A stretch of 64,000 nucleotides of DNA, from NCBI GenBank assembly GCA_002104905.1, contig MCFE01000288.1:39008-103007 (forward strand), in the 5' to 3' direction. Position numbers and translations under genes: made by a program. How positions within the stretch are numbered: the stretch's first letter is position 1; the number at the start of each line of letters is the position of its first letter. Below, piece after piece: positions 10,716-24,500 of the stretch. Source of the DNA: Basidiobolus meristosporus CBS 931.73 (lineage: Eukaryota; Fungi; Basidiobolomycota). The notes under the pieces were generated by a model that saw nothing but the letters and a program-made list of their open reading frames with translations, searched no databases and was not told the origin of the DNA.

Positions 10716-13700
10716 TGTTACAAGTCTTGGTATAAGAATTGTAGAGGAATAGGGAGTTTAGCAAGTATTGTATTCACTAAAACTTGCACTGATATTTATT
10801 GAGGTTCCAGCAGCTCCTTATATTCATTTTGCCAGATCAATTGCTGACTAACTGTATTACCTAATGCAGGCTGTGGTCAATGACTCATTTGATTGCATCA
10901 TCATCACCCAATAAGATCCTACTTAATACCTCTATTTTTGTCTGATAAGGATCTGATGATTCATTTACTGACTAGTAATACTGATTTGATAGATAATACT
11001 GATATACTGATAACCTAAGCATATAACTAATTGATCCGACTAAAAACTGATCTAACTTAAACATTCAAGCAGCAAATCATAAGATTCTCCCCTGGTAAAG
11101 TTGAGAGGGTTCTCCAGAATCTCTTTTTGTGTGATACCAATATCTTGATGGCTCAGTATTATCAGCAAGTCTTGCAAGTTTGAGTCTGTCCCTATGCACT
11201 AAGTCTTCCCAGATATTGCCTTGTTTGTCCACTAGTTGGTAAGTTGCAAATGGACATTCTTTGATGATCTTGAATGATCCTGTCCATTATGGCTCAGACT
11301 TCTTCTGAGTGTTATTTCTTAGCAATACAAAGTTCCCAACTGTATATACTTCTGGTGCTATAGTCTTATCAAATCTCTCCTTCATCTTTTCCGCACTGTG
11401 AGATACTGTGGTCTGTGCCTCTTAACAACTTTGTTCCAGTTGCTGGTATCTACTTGGCTGACTGAGTTTATCTTCTAAGGTGTCTGTAAGCTTTGGTTGT
11501 GAGAGATCACCTGGAATCCTTTGTTTACATCCATACACTAAGTAAAATGTCAACTGCGGGGTGGTGTTGTGTACACTGACTCTGCATACAAATAGTGCCT
11601 GATCTATATACTCATCCCATCTGCTGAAAACTCCATTTGCATACTTTGTTAGCATTTTTCCAAATAATCCATTAAACCGCTCAGTAACTCCATTAGTTCT
11701 GGGGTGATATGCCAAGGTTTTCAAGTGTTTGATCTGCTGCATTTCCAGGTAAGCTTCCAATGTCTTTGACATATAGTTTGCACACCTATAGGTTAGAATC
11801 TCCACAGGGAATCTAAGCTTGATAATGATCTCATAGTAGATGAAGCTTTCAACTTCTTGTTCACTGGCTATAGATACAGCTTTAGCCACTGGCCATTTAG
11901 TGTCTAGTATCTAACAGTTGAATTTCCTGGTGGTTGGCAGCGCTCCAATAAAGTCAATTCCCCATCTTTCATATGGTCTTACAGGCTCCAAGAGAAATAT
12001 TTCAGCAATTCTCTGTGATTGGCCTTGGTTGATTGGCAATTTGGGCATGTTTTCACTACATTCTCAATATCATGTTTCATTCTGGGCCACCATGCTCTGG
12101 CTTTCACAAGGCTATAGGTTCCTTCAACTCTAAGATGTTCATATCCATTGTGTAGCTTATGTATTAAAGCCAGGCAAGCAACACAAGGGCAATAGGCAAT
12201 AGGGCTTCCAACAACAATTTGGTAGCATGTTTCATCCTGTACTACAAATTTACTGGCTTCATCCTGGATTATCTTCATGATGTCTTCATCCACCTCATTA
12301 GGAATGGCTTGGCCCTCCAGGTACTTTGGTTATAGGCTAGGCCAATCTGATTCATGCACCAAGTTGAGTTGTGCAACATGTTCTAATCTTGATAAGGCAT
12401 CAGCAACCATGTTGTTTTTTCATGGGTAGTAGACAATCTCCAAATCAAATTGCTGAATATATTCACTTCATCTTGGCATTCTTCTAGTGAGTACCTCCTG
12501 CTTAAATATATACTTGAGGGAGGCATCATCAGTCTTCACAGTGCATGATCAGTCCTCATGGTGCATTTGACTTCTTCAATATAGCATCTCCATGTCTTCA
12601 AACAGTGTATTAATGCAAGCATCTCCTTCTCATGCACTGGAGAGTCTTGTTGTGCTGAGTTCAGCTTCTTGGATTCAAAGGCAACAGGGTAGTCCTTTCC
12701 CTCATGTTCTTGGCTCAACACTCCACCAATTGCATAATCTCAAGCATCTGTGCACAGAGTAAACTCTTCTGTGAAGTTGGGTATTCTTAAGCTTGGCAGC
12801 TTAGCAAGTTCATTCTTAAGCATCTGGAAGGCAGTCTCACAAGCTATGTCCCACTTGTAGGTTTTGTCTTTCTTGAGGATATCAGTTAAAGGGGCTGCAA
12901 TACTTGCAAAGTACTTGACAAATCTCTAATAATAGGAAACCATTCCAAAGAATGATCTGAGCTATGATATGCTATGGGACTGCTTCAGGTTCTTGATAAC
13001 TTCAGCCTTCTTAGGGTCTAAGGTTACTCTTGTGCTAGTCACTATGTGTCCCAGATATTCAATGAGCTCCTTGAAGATTTCACACTTGGGTAGCTTGCCA
13101 TAAAGCTTGTTCTCACTTAGCTTCTTTAAGACCTTTTCAATGTGCACCAAGTGATCCTCTTCTGTCTTGCTGTATATCAATATATCATCTAGGTAAATTA
13201 CAACAAACTTGCCTAAGTACTCCTGGAAGACAGTCTGCATCAGGCTTATGAATGTTGCAGGGGCATTGGTGAGGCCAAAACTCATGACTAAGTACTTGTA
13301 ATGTCCATATCTGGTCCTGAATGCTGTCTTATGGATGTCTTCTGGCATCTCCCTAATCTGCTTGTATTTTGAGATGAGGCCAGTTTTGCTGAAAATAATG
13401 GCTCCATTGAGTTGGTCCCAGTGCTCATCAATACAAGGTATGAGGTACTTACTCTTCATGGTAACTGAGTTGAGGGCACTGTTGTCAGTGCACATCCTAA
13501 GTGTTCCATCCTTCTTCTTCACAAAACGTATTGGTGCTCCCCAAGGTGACTTGCTGGGCCTGCTATATCCTTGCTCCAGTAACTGACATATATGTCCCTT
13601 CATCTCTTCCAACTCTAGTGGACTCATTCTGTAATGTGTCTTACTCACTGAAGGGCTATCTCCTTTTTCAATGGCATGATCCATGCCTCTGACTGGTGGT

Positions 13701-15623
13701 AGGCTTATAAGCTCTTCTGAAAATACATCTGAATATTCCTTCAAAAGAGTCTGGACCTTCTGTGGTACTGGAATAGAGGAGTCCTCCTGTAGTGCTGCCA
13801 TGAGGAACATCTAGGTGCCTTTTCTTAGTGTCTACAGAACTGTGTCTGGCTTAGTTCACTTGTTTCACACACACTGGAACTGACCAAGTTAAAATCCAGT
13901 CTGGCAGGTAATAGCTTATAGGTTTTGTGGTCCTTCTGGATCTGAGTAGCATGGGTTCTCTGGTTGATTAATGGATTGCAACAAAATAGCCAGGTTCTCC
14001 CAAGTACAAGGTCAAACTTACAGTTCTCAAATATATAGGCCTGTAGGTCCTCTTCATAGTCATTCATCTTCATCCTTACTGGCTGAGTAATACAGTTGAT
14101 TACATGAGAGTTCACATCAGTTGTTGAGACTGAAGTTGATTTGGTGGGTTTTGAGTTGATTCCAGCTTTCAAAGCAAATTGCTCTGACATGTACTCATGC
14201 AATGCTCCTAAGTCAATCATGATCTTGGCAGGTACTCTATTGATTACTCCACTCATGTATAATAGCTTTCCTGAGTTTGAGGTCATCTGGGATAGGTATT
14301 CTTCTGTCATATGGATGGTGAGTTCTGAGTCTTCTTCAAGCTCATCCTCCATGTTACTATGCTCCAGGGCCTCAATATGGTTAAGGTTCCTGACAGCTGG
14401 TGTCCATTTCCTCTCTGAGGGCAGTACTATGCAATATGTCCCTGCTGGTGGCAATTGAAGGAAAGTCCTTTCTTCTTTCACTAATCTGAGGTAGGATTCT
14501 TCTGCAGAGCATCTATTTCCATTGGCATTGCTTCTGAATGTCTTCTTTCATAGTAATTGTGGCCTCTCTGATTAGCCATTGTGGGCTTCCCAACTCCAAA
14601 CATAGCTGAGTCATAGTCAATTGCAATCTTGATGGCTTCTTCAATAGTCAGAGGTTTTCAATAATTTACTTCCTTACAAGTTCTTTCTTTCAAGCCATCA
14701 ATAAAGTACTCAACTTGGTCTAGAGGGTTCATTCTTTCAATTTGCCCAAGTAGACATTAATATTCATAGATGTACTCTTGGACCATTCCTTTCTGTCTGA
14801 GTGTCTTCAACTTTCTTCTTGGTAGTGTCTGTTGGTGTGGGGGCTCAAAGGCATCCTGAATTTTCAGTACAAACTCATCCTAGGTAGAGATTGTAGAGCT
14901 TCCCATCATGGTTGTGGACCTGATCTAGTTGTGGTACCACAGTAAAGCTGCATCTGCCAGGTCAGAGGCTGCATAATGTTACTTGATTTCTTGAGCAATT
15001 CCCTTAGCCTTGAAAGCTTCTTCAATCTGGAAGAGCCAAGTTCACAGGTTTTCATTGACCCTACCATAGTACCAGTTGAACTTCACACTAAAGTTGCTCT
15101 TGACAGGGTTTTCTGGCTTTGGGCCATGGTAGTCATTCCTTGTTGCTGCTGGGCCAGGACTTGTTGTATAGCATTCTGTCATTCTTGATATTTGGACATC
15201 TTGAGGGGGCTTCTACTTTCTTTGAGAGTGAGGTTTCTGGTTATTGTTGCTTCCAATGTTACAAGTCTTGGTATAAAGGCTGTAGAGGAATAGGCAGTTT
15301 AGCTAGTACTTTATTCACTAAAACTTGAACTGATCTCTATTGAGATTCCAGCAGCTCTTTATATATATTTTGCCAGATCATTTGCTGACTAATTGTATTT
15401 CCTAATGTAGGCTATGGCTGACGACTCATTTGATTACATCAACATCACCCAATAAGATCCTACTTAATATATCTATTTTTGTCTGACAAGGATCTGCTGA
15501 TTCACTGGCTGACTAATGCTACTGATTTTATAGATAATACTGATATACTGATAAGCTGAACATATAACTAACTGATCTGACTAAAGCTGATCTATCTCCA
15601 ACATTCAAGTGGCAGATCATAAC
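10716..15623 (-). mobile_element. Ty3/gypsy LTR retrotransposon (gypsy-D), full length, degenerate
   Basis: LTRs 10716-11084 and 15257-15623, PPT AGGGGAGAA, gag-PR-RT-RH-IN order, probable 4-bp TSD AAAT/AAAG. Confidence 0.92.
11200..14481 (-). pseudogene. gypsy-D pol: protease, RT, RNase H, integrase
   Basis: MIDLGALHEY (degenerate DSGA), KSPWGAP..VKKKDGTLRMC, FGLTNAPATF, YLDDILIYS, PVAFESKKL, WWPRMKHDIENVVKTCPNCQ, YHPRTNGVTERFN. Confidence 0.93.
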
Positions 15624-16930
15624 AAAAGCATCTTCTCCTAGGTTTTCTTCTCACCAGGATTACTACTGAAGCATTTGGTAGCGATTCTCTTTGCTCACCT
15701 GAACTACTTCCTTGTTGACTATCCTCTTGGCTACTTATGTATTTGTAGTCCGTATTTTGCTTTCTAGTTGATGGGTGCAATGCAGCAGCTTGGCCATGCT
15801 TAATTGCTCTGGATGATGTTACTAAACCACCTTGCAGTACTTCTTGCTGATGCGTTCTTTTACTTTCCAAGGGCTCTGGTAGTGGAGGCACTTCATGTTG
15901 GTCATCATCAGTCAGTTCACCAGAAGAAACTTGCTGATGCTCAGGCGTTATGGTATGTGCAGGCACAACTTGATGTGCTGGGATGGCCTTTGGCTGAGCT
16001 AGATTTAATGCTGCTTGTTGACGCAACTTGGCCCGCTCCAATGAACCCATGTCTACATGAGCAATTTTGCAAGTTCTGGTGGTTTTGCTCTGTAGCACAC
16101 ATGTTGACCCAGCATCCATTGACTTGATGCAAGACGCTCTTGTAAAGGGTGTTGGTGTAGTTTTGACTGATGTGCGCTGGCATGCTGAAGTTGCAAGGGA
16201 TGGTAAGGAATCCAGCAAGGAGTTCTGGTGCAATCTAGACCCTGTTGCTCCAGGTCTGTATTTTCTACTTGAAGCTCACCTTTTGATTCCTCAAGGTATT
16301 CACTTACCCTCTGACTGATACTTTGGAACTGTTGCTTGGATGAGTCCTGTGTATATTACTCTTGGAAGCTACTTAGCTTTACTAATATATCATGTAATAA
16401 ATTAGGCATTTGAGGCTAAACTCATTTAAAATTTCATTGGTTCCCAGGGTTAAGGCACAAACGGATGCATCCAGTCCATACTGTGCAGATTACACTTGAA
16501 GTAGTCCCTGCACAGCTTCCTCATTAAACCCCTCACACTCAGCTCATTCTTTATTTCATAGTTGTCTTGATATACATCTTCTTACATTCAACTGCTTGCA
16601 TCTTGATGTAGAATCACGCCACAGCTTGCTACTCAGGCTCTTCCATCTCTGTTACTCTCTGCAGTATCTAGTTCTGCTGGATTAATGAGTAGTGCCCAAG
16701 TATCCGTATGAAGGCTCATCATAGACACTTGGGCTATACTGAAATCATTTTGCAAGAACTTGAGCGGATCCAACATTGAATTCCCTGGTCCTGATGGTGC
16801 TTGTGAGCTGGCAGATGGATTTGTCTAGGTTGTACTAAAGATGAGTTAAGGCCTGGTATAGGGACCATAGTGACGGATTTGGGTACTTTGATAGTAGTGT
16901 ACTGGCATCAACCTGGTCTTATATGAGATT
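15624..16930 (-). pseudogene. Transposon ORF2, degenerate (copy 1)
   Basis: Aligns with 31541-32869 (LDSLPSLAT, SGELTDDDQHEVP, RKQNTDYKY); carries stops and many CpG-to-TpG/CpA changes. Confidence 0.85.
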
Positions 16931-17226
16931 TCTGTGAAAACTAATGTGATTGTTGAGTTTTCCATATATTATGCATGATACATCTTGGTTTGCATTGAAA
17001 CAGATTGGATCCAATCAATTGCAGATTTTCTTTTTGATATGGATTTGCAAGTAAGGCATCAATAAAAATACCAAGTCTTTGCTTAAGAATGATGTTTGTA
17101 ACATAATGATGGGATACATTGGATTTGATTGAGATTTAATCATGATGCATGGTAATTCAGATAAATAAAATGGATTGCACCAAGTTGAATGAATACACCT
17201 CAGTACAATCACCTACCAATTTTAAT

Positions 17227-18110
17227 ATGATTTACTCATCTGAATGGCCTTTTTTCATCAATCCCATCACTACCACTGGATTTCCTATTGACACACTAGT
17301 GGAGACATATACCAAGTACTGTGGACCATCTACCTCAATCAACTCAAAGAGATCCCTTGTTAAGCTTCTCTGCTAATACAAAAACTATTGCCCCCAAGGT
17401 TTCATCCCACCATCCATGGCCATAAAAGTCCTAGAAGCATTCTTTCCCAGCTGACAGCAATGGAGAACCACCCTGCAGAGGGTATGAATGCCTTAGAGCA
17501 AGCCTGGAACAGTAGGGTCAGAAGCTCCAATAGACTTTCATATCCCAGAGTGTTCTGCAACAGTTCCATGTAAGGAGTAGTTTAGATACCTTCCCAGTCA
17601 GGACTAACATACCTTCTGGAGGGCAGAGGTGCTTTTATTCTTGCAAGTACAAGGCACACTGTGTGAAGTTTCAAGCCCTGTCTGACATTGAGGGTAACAT
17701 CATCTGGTTTAGTAGGCCATTTGCTGGAAGCAGGCATGACAAAGCACTCTGGGTAGAGAATCATCCAGAATTCAGTAGAAGGGAGAAATGTATGGCAGAC
17801 CTAGCTTATTTAGGAGAGGATTGTCAGAGATTAGGATGTATTACAGCTTATAGCAAGCAAAGGAATGGTGAGCTTAGCCAGAAGCAGAAGCTCTACAATG
17901 AGATATTTAATCATTTCAGAGTGAGGGCAGAGCATAAATTTGGTTATCTGAAGAGATTCAGCATATTTGCTGGTGAATAGAGTGGAATGTCATATATAGG
18001 AGAAATCAGCTGAGTAGGTAAAATAGTTAAGATACCTATTGATGAACAGTATATTCATACAAGAAGAAATACACTAAGAGAAATGTGTCTGGAGCATTAT
18101 GTAAAGTCAA
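17227..18110 (+). pseudogene. DDE transposase, degenerate (copy 1)
   Basis: MIYSSEWPFFINPITTTG...SRHDKALWVENHPEF...MADLAY...RVRAEH, with internal stops and a frameshift. Confidence 0.88.
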
Positions 18111-18175
18111 CAAAGAAAGCAAAGCACTACTCTGAGCAACATAAGTAAGATTAAATAATATCACCAGTTACTATA

Positions 18176-21083
18176 TTAGCCTTTAGCCAACAATCTAGCC
18201 TTTTACTTATCAATGGCACTATTTGAGGTAATCTTGAACATGTAGACCCATCTACATTCTATTGGCTTTCTCCCATTTAGTAAGTCTATCAGTTCCCACG
18301 TTTTTGCCTTGATCAGTCATTGTAACTCCTCCTGCATGGCTTGTTGCCACATACTAACATTGGGACTTTGCATTGCCCGTTCCAAATTCTGAGGTTTGGC
18401 ACATAAGGCAAGATAAGCCTCTTCATGATCATTGGATATCTGCCACCTGGATCCACGGGCATCTCTTATTCTGTTAGATCTCCTAACTGGATTAATCTGC
18501 TCTGATCTGGAACTGGTAGAATTATCTTCCGTATCTTGCTGAATTAGGCATCTATCTTTGTCATTAGTGTTGATTGCATCATTAGATGGCTGGCCAACAG
18601 TTTTAGTGGATTTGTGATATGAATTCCCCTCAAATACAATGTCCCTGCTCTTGATTAGCTTCTGAATTTTGCCATCATACACTCTATACCCTTCAGTATC
18701 ATCACAATACCCAAGAAAGATCACTTTCCTACTCTTTGGTTCCAACTTTGAGCATTTTTTGTCAGGGAAGTGATAAAAAATTTCACTGCCAAAGATCTTG
18801 AGGTGCTAGAGATCAGGTTTCTTGTCTCTATATTCTTCAAAGGGTGTAGAATCACGCAGTGCTGTTGTTGGGCATCTAGTCTTGCTGTATACCATGGTAG
18901 GAAGAGATTCAGCTCAAAACTTGTAGTCCATATGGATCTTCCCATCTCTACTATTGTTCTATTTACACGTTCTGATACTCCATTTTGCTGTGGAGTATGA
19001 GGAACTGTGGTCTGCTGAAGTATACCAGTAGATTAGCAGTATAGTGCAAACTCCTCTGGATGGTATTTTCCTCCATTGTCACTTTGAGGAACTTTCAATT
19101 TACACCCATTTGTGTTTGTGCCATATTCTTGAAGTGCTTAAACGTCTCTAAAGCATCTTCCTTTGCTTTGAGGAAGTACACCCATGTATATCTTGTTTTG
19201 TCAGCAATAAACGTCATAAAGTATCTCTTGGCTCCAAAGGACAGTGTTCTCATAGGGCCACATATGTCTGAGTGTACAATAGCCAATATTTTCATTGCAT
19301 AGCTTATTTGCTGTATGAACATCCCTTACAAACACTCAGTTTGATCAGAGTTGAGTATTTTAGGCCCAAAACAAGCTGATTTTTCACCAATTGGCTCATT
19401 TTCTCTTCCCAATGTGTCCTAGCCTCCTATGTCACATCTCCCAGTTGGTTTCATTAGTTTCAGCAATGTTGACATACTCAGGCACAATGATCTTGCATTG
19501 TAGCTTGTATATAGTGTGATCTCTGATTCCCAAAGCTAAATTTTGTCCATTTGTACTCAATATTGAGCAGCTCATCTTAGTAAAAACAAATTTCAGTCCC
19601 TGAGCAGTTACTTTACTGATTGAGAGCAGGTCCGTAGCTATTCCAGGTACATAGAGTATGTCAGTTAGTCTTGCTGTTGTTGCCCCTAAGCTATTGCTCA
19701 TATTTAGTTGTATAGGCCCACTGGTGGTAGCCTTCAGAGCAGAGTTATCTCCCAGATAAACCTTTCTTACAGTAATAGTCTTTAAGTTGCTGAACCACTC
19801 CTTTATACAACAAATATGCTGTGATGCTCCAGAGTCAGTATACTGTTCATTATTTGGTTACTTGCACTCTCTTATACAGTTACAAATAACAGTTCATCAG
19901 TAGTTATATGGTTTGCCTGCTCTTGTGTTTGTTTTTTGTCCGCTTGTTTCTTCTTGCATTCTCTTGCCCAGTGTCCTGGCTTTTTACAGTAGTTTTAGCA
20001 ACCAGGTTTTCTTTGGTATTGTTGCTTCCCCTTCTTTTCTGAGTGTCCTGTCTGAACTGAATAAAGCATTATCTTTGATTTTCTCTGCGTGATCATTATG
20101 TCTGGGTTCTTCATGGAGAAGTCTTTCTTTTGACATAGTCTAAAGTCAAATTGTCTTTTCTGCTTTCAAAAGAGAGTATGAGTGGCTCATACTTGTCTGG
20201 TAGGTTGCAAAGCAGACAGAGTATATTTTCTTCATAATCAACATCAGCATTAATACTATAAAGTCATTCTGTAAGTGTCTCCATTCTGGTAATGAGTTGT
20301 AGCATGTCATCATCTGGCATCTTCCTCATGTTGAAGAACTTTCATTTTAAATAAAGCTTGCTTGATACTGACTTTGCTCTAAAGATCTTCTCTAGGGAAT
20401 CCTATGCTGCTTTGGCAGTATATGAGGCATGGATTTGTCAATGAAGGAATCTTGCACATTGATACATATGGCATTAATGCCTTCTCTCCTTTTGTGAACC
20501 TTCTCCACTTCTTCTGCTGTTCCTTTGGGCTCATCTTCTTTTCCTGTTACTATATTCCAAAGCTTCCTTTCCTCAAGGTGTATCTGCATCTTGATCATCC
20601 AAAGTCCGTAGTTCTTTACATCAAATCTCTTCTTCACAGGGAAGACATTTGTGTTGTTCTGTTTGCAGGTAGAGTTATCTTTAGAATAGATTGAGGCAAT
20701 TGGGGCTCATAACCTGTTGCAATTTAAGAAGTGATTTGGATATAAGGAGCTTATGAAGAAGAAGGGATAATAGTTGAACTATTGGTTAATAATAATGAAG
20801 CACAGTGTTTATACCTTGGTAGAAGTAATAGAGCTGTAACACTAAGTAAGGAGGGTTTCTCAATATTCAGGAGCATTTTGTAAGAGTTTCAGGGTTGGTA
20901 CATAATGTTTAGTAAAAGTGCTAATTTGATCCTCACAATAGGCAAATAATTATAAGATTGTAGATATGAAGAAAGTGGCAAATTTAGAGCTGTCAACTAG
21001 TCACACAGTAACCAAGACTAGTTCAGAATTGCTAAGTGAATTTATAGCAGCTGAATGATACCAAATAGTCCAATATTTCAACT
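18176..21083 (-). mobile_element. Second copia-1 copy, 3'-truncated in RT, with internal deletions
   Basis: 5' LTR 20715-21083, PBS 20702-20714; gag, PR and IN fragments homologous to 3200-9200. Confidence 0.9.
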
Positions 21084-21566
21084 CAATCTCTGTGTTTTGG
21101 TATAGTAGGGTGTTTAAGGCTTACTCTCATGGCAGTTGCCCAGTAATATGTACTTTTTACACTTTCTGGATTCAATTTGACTCATATCTGGGTAGTTTTG
21201 TGGCATATGCAGTATACCCAAATATCCATAGGTGTTCTGCGCTTGGTCAGCATTCATCCCATTCCTTAAATGGAGTATAATCACAAAGCACTCTGTTATA
21301 ACTTGTATTTGCCAGTTACACAGCTGTGGCAACTGACTCTGCCCAAAAATCGTAAGATAATTCTTGATCATGGATCATAGATCATGCTATGAAGTGGATG
21401 AAATATTTTGAGGTATGTTATCCACCATTGTCGGTGCATATTTTCTTGATTTTTTCACCAGTTTCTCTCTCTACTATGGCTTTAAGCTCCCTGGACTTAG
21501 ACAGAGCTTCTTCCTTTCTCTCCATGAAGTAGACCCACATGTATCTTGTATTATCATCAATAAAGG
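21084..21566 (-). pseudogene. copia-2 integrase fragment
   Basis: Reverse complement matches 58860-59420 (DD.TRY.WVY.MERKEE; FWAESVATAVY). Confidence 0.85.
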
Positions 21567-21589
21567 AATGCTTTCTGTTATCACAGAAG

Positions 21590-24500
21590 ACACCTACCAG
21601 TCATGTTCAGCCGCTAAGAAAATATATCTGAGACAAAAAATCTTTACTACAAAGATGCTGCCAGGAGAAAAAATCAAAAAGCTAATTGACAGAATTACCC
21701 TGTTGGTAGATGACATAGAATCTGTGGGTGTACCAACTACTGATGAAGATGTGATGGTTACCATCTTGAATAGCCTGACAGACAGATTTCAGGGCGTTGT
21801 ATTAGCCCTAGAGTCCAGAACTGAGGATTTGATCTAAATTATGTATATGGAAGGCTCTTGGATGAAGAATGAAGAAAATCAAGTGCTAATAAGAAGGAAG
21901 AAGAAAATGCTATAGTAAGCAATAATCACCCACAAAGAAGGTGCCCTAGACCCTACAAAGGCAACAGCAACCTGTTTTGTAACTACTGCAAAAGGAAAGG
22001 ATACACAGTAGACTAGTGTCTCAAAGAGAGATAATTAACAAAAGATGCCTGAAAATGAAAATACTGCAACAACTGAAGATAGACTATTCATATCTGCACT
22101 AAATATGACGCAAACAAGGATTCTGAGATGAGGTACATTGACTTTGGAGCATCTCAACATTTTACACTCCAAAAAGAGCTTTTTACCTAATATCAAGAAA
22201 TTACAATTAAGTAGGTTGTCATGGGTGACAATAGAATGCTTGATGTAGTAGGAAAAGGAACTCTCCAGGTAAACCTAAGAAGCAGTACAGGAAGGAAGCT
22301 GCACACTGATCTTTAAAAGAGTACCCTATGTACCAGAAATAGCCAAGAACCTACTATCTGTAAGCTAGGCCACTGCAGAATGACTTTGGGTCAGCTTTGA
22401 CAACTCTGTCTGCAAGATCACTGATCAAAATGGTGCCCATTTTGCATTGGGTATCAGAGATCAGAATCTATACAAGTTGACTTATTATCCATCATATTTG
22501 GAAGCCAATATAAGTAACTTATATGAAGAAACACCAATCCTTTGCCACTGGAGATATGGGCACATCAATTTTGAGTATTTGTGCAGAATGATCAAAGACC
22601 AGCCAATATCTGGTGTAAGAGTTGATATCCCCGCTATTTTGGAACACTGTGAAGCCTGCATATATGGGAAATAAGCCAGACAACTGTTCAAGAGCTCTGG
22701 GTTAGTCAAAATTAAGAAAATATCAAATCTAATTCACTCAGATCTGTGTGGACCTATGCAAAATTTATCCTTGGGCAGGATGAAGTATTCAATCACTTTT
22801 ATTGATGATTATACAAGGTACACGTAGATCTGCTTCATGGAGAGAAAAGAAGAAGCCCTGGCCAAGCCCAGAGAGCTTAAAGCCAAGGTGGAGAGAGAAA
22901 CTGGTGAAAAAATCAAGAAAATATGCTCTGACAATGGTGGATAATATACCTCAAAACTCTTCATCCACTTCTACAAAACTAATGGGATAAAGCAAGAGAC
23001 TACAGTCCACACTCCCCTCAGCAAAATGAAGTAGCAGAATATGCTAACAGAACAAAAATTGATATGGCAAGATCCATGATCCATGATTGATAATTATCCT
23101 ACAATTTTTGGGCAGAATGAGTTGCTACAGCTGTATACCTTAAGAATAGGAGTTACATCAGGATACTTTGTGATTCTGCCTCATTTCAAGCATGGTACTG
23201 ATACATACCAAGTGCAGAAAATCTAATGATATCTGGGTGTACAGCATATGCCAAGAAACTACCTGAAAATCAGTCATAATTAGAGCCAAAAAGTGTAAAA
23301 TGCATGTTTTTGGGCCACTGCATTGCAAGTGAAGCATGCAGTCTCTACATTACCAAAGCAAAGAAGCTAATCAAGTCCAGGGATGTGTTGTTTGAAGAAA
23401 ATTCAAAAATTTCACAAAAAATGACATCAGATGATGACAAAAATGTGATCACAAGTACACCAATTGTCAGGTTTGAAGCAGAGCAAAATAATTAAGATCT
23501 TTTCATCACAGAGGACTCTACAACTATGGTTCAGCCTGAATTAGTGCCCAGGTATGTCCCAGAAGTGATCAATCCTGTAACAAATGCCTGGAGATCCAAT
23601 TGGACAAGAAATAGCCCAAATTACTTTTACAATGAGGGTACAAACTTAGACCATGCCTATTCAGTCCATATTTATGAACCCCAGACTGTTAAAGAGGCTC
23701 TAAATAGCCCTCAGACAAGGTTTTGGTGATCTGCAATGACTGAGGAATATCAGGCCCTGATGGAAAATCAAACTTGATACTTAGTCAATTTACCAATCAA
23801 CCAAAAATCAGTTGGATGCAGAAGGGTCATCAAGACACTATACAGGGCTGATGTTACAATTAGAAGATACTAACCAAGACTTGTGGCCAAGGAATGCTCA
23901 AACAAAAGGACTTGACTATACTGAGACCTTTGCACCGGTTGCCAAGTTTAATTCCATTGGATTGATATTGGCTATTGCAGCCAAATATAAGTTTTTGATT
24001 CATGAAATGGATGTAAGAACTCTATTTTGAATGGAGAACTTGATGAGGAAGTGTATATGAACCAATCTGATGGGTTTGTTGACCAAAATAAACCCAATTT
24101 AGTCTGCAAGCTCAAAAATTCTCTATATGGTCTCAAATATTCACCAAGAGCCTGGATTTGCAAGATAGGTTCATATTTAGATACTTTGAGTTTCAAAAGG
24201 AGTAATGCTGACTATAGTATATACTATAATCCAGATAGAGCAAATCCAGTTCTATTAGCTCTATATGTGGATGATCTTATTATAGCTGCTGTGGTGGTGT
24301 ATATTGTCAGGCTCCTTATCTTCTTCTATAAAAAGTTGTGTCTTCTGGCAAGCAGTATGTGTCCTCTTATTGTTGGGTGTTACCCCACAGAATGTTGATT
24401 GTAGTCCTGGGTTTGATCCCTGAATAGTGTACCACACTGACCCATCAGAATAGTTGGTAGTTGTAGCCTTAGTACTGGTCTTCCATGGTCTGCCTAACAG

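Larger units (their letters stand above)
1133..18175 (+). mobile_element. Harbinger/PHIS-like DNA transposon copy 1 (old; interrupted by copia-1 and gypsy-D; right end deleted)
   Basis: TIR AGACTTGTTCCATTG at 1133. Left-arm sequence 1133-1480 resumes at 10318-10715 and again at 15624. Degenerate ORF2 and transposase follow; homology to the other copies stops near 18175. Confidence 0.85.

Noticed and set aside
15624-18110. Classical ascomycete RIP as the cause of decay
   Set aside because: The changes I could trace are at CpG in varied contexts, and CA/TG are abundant rather than depleted. RIP indices should still be computed.
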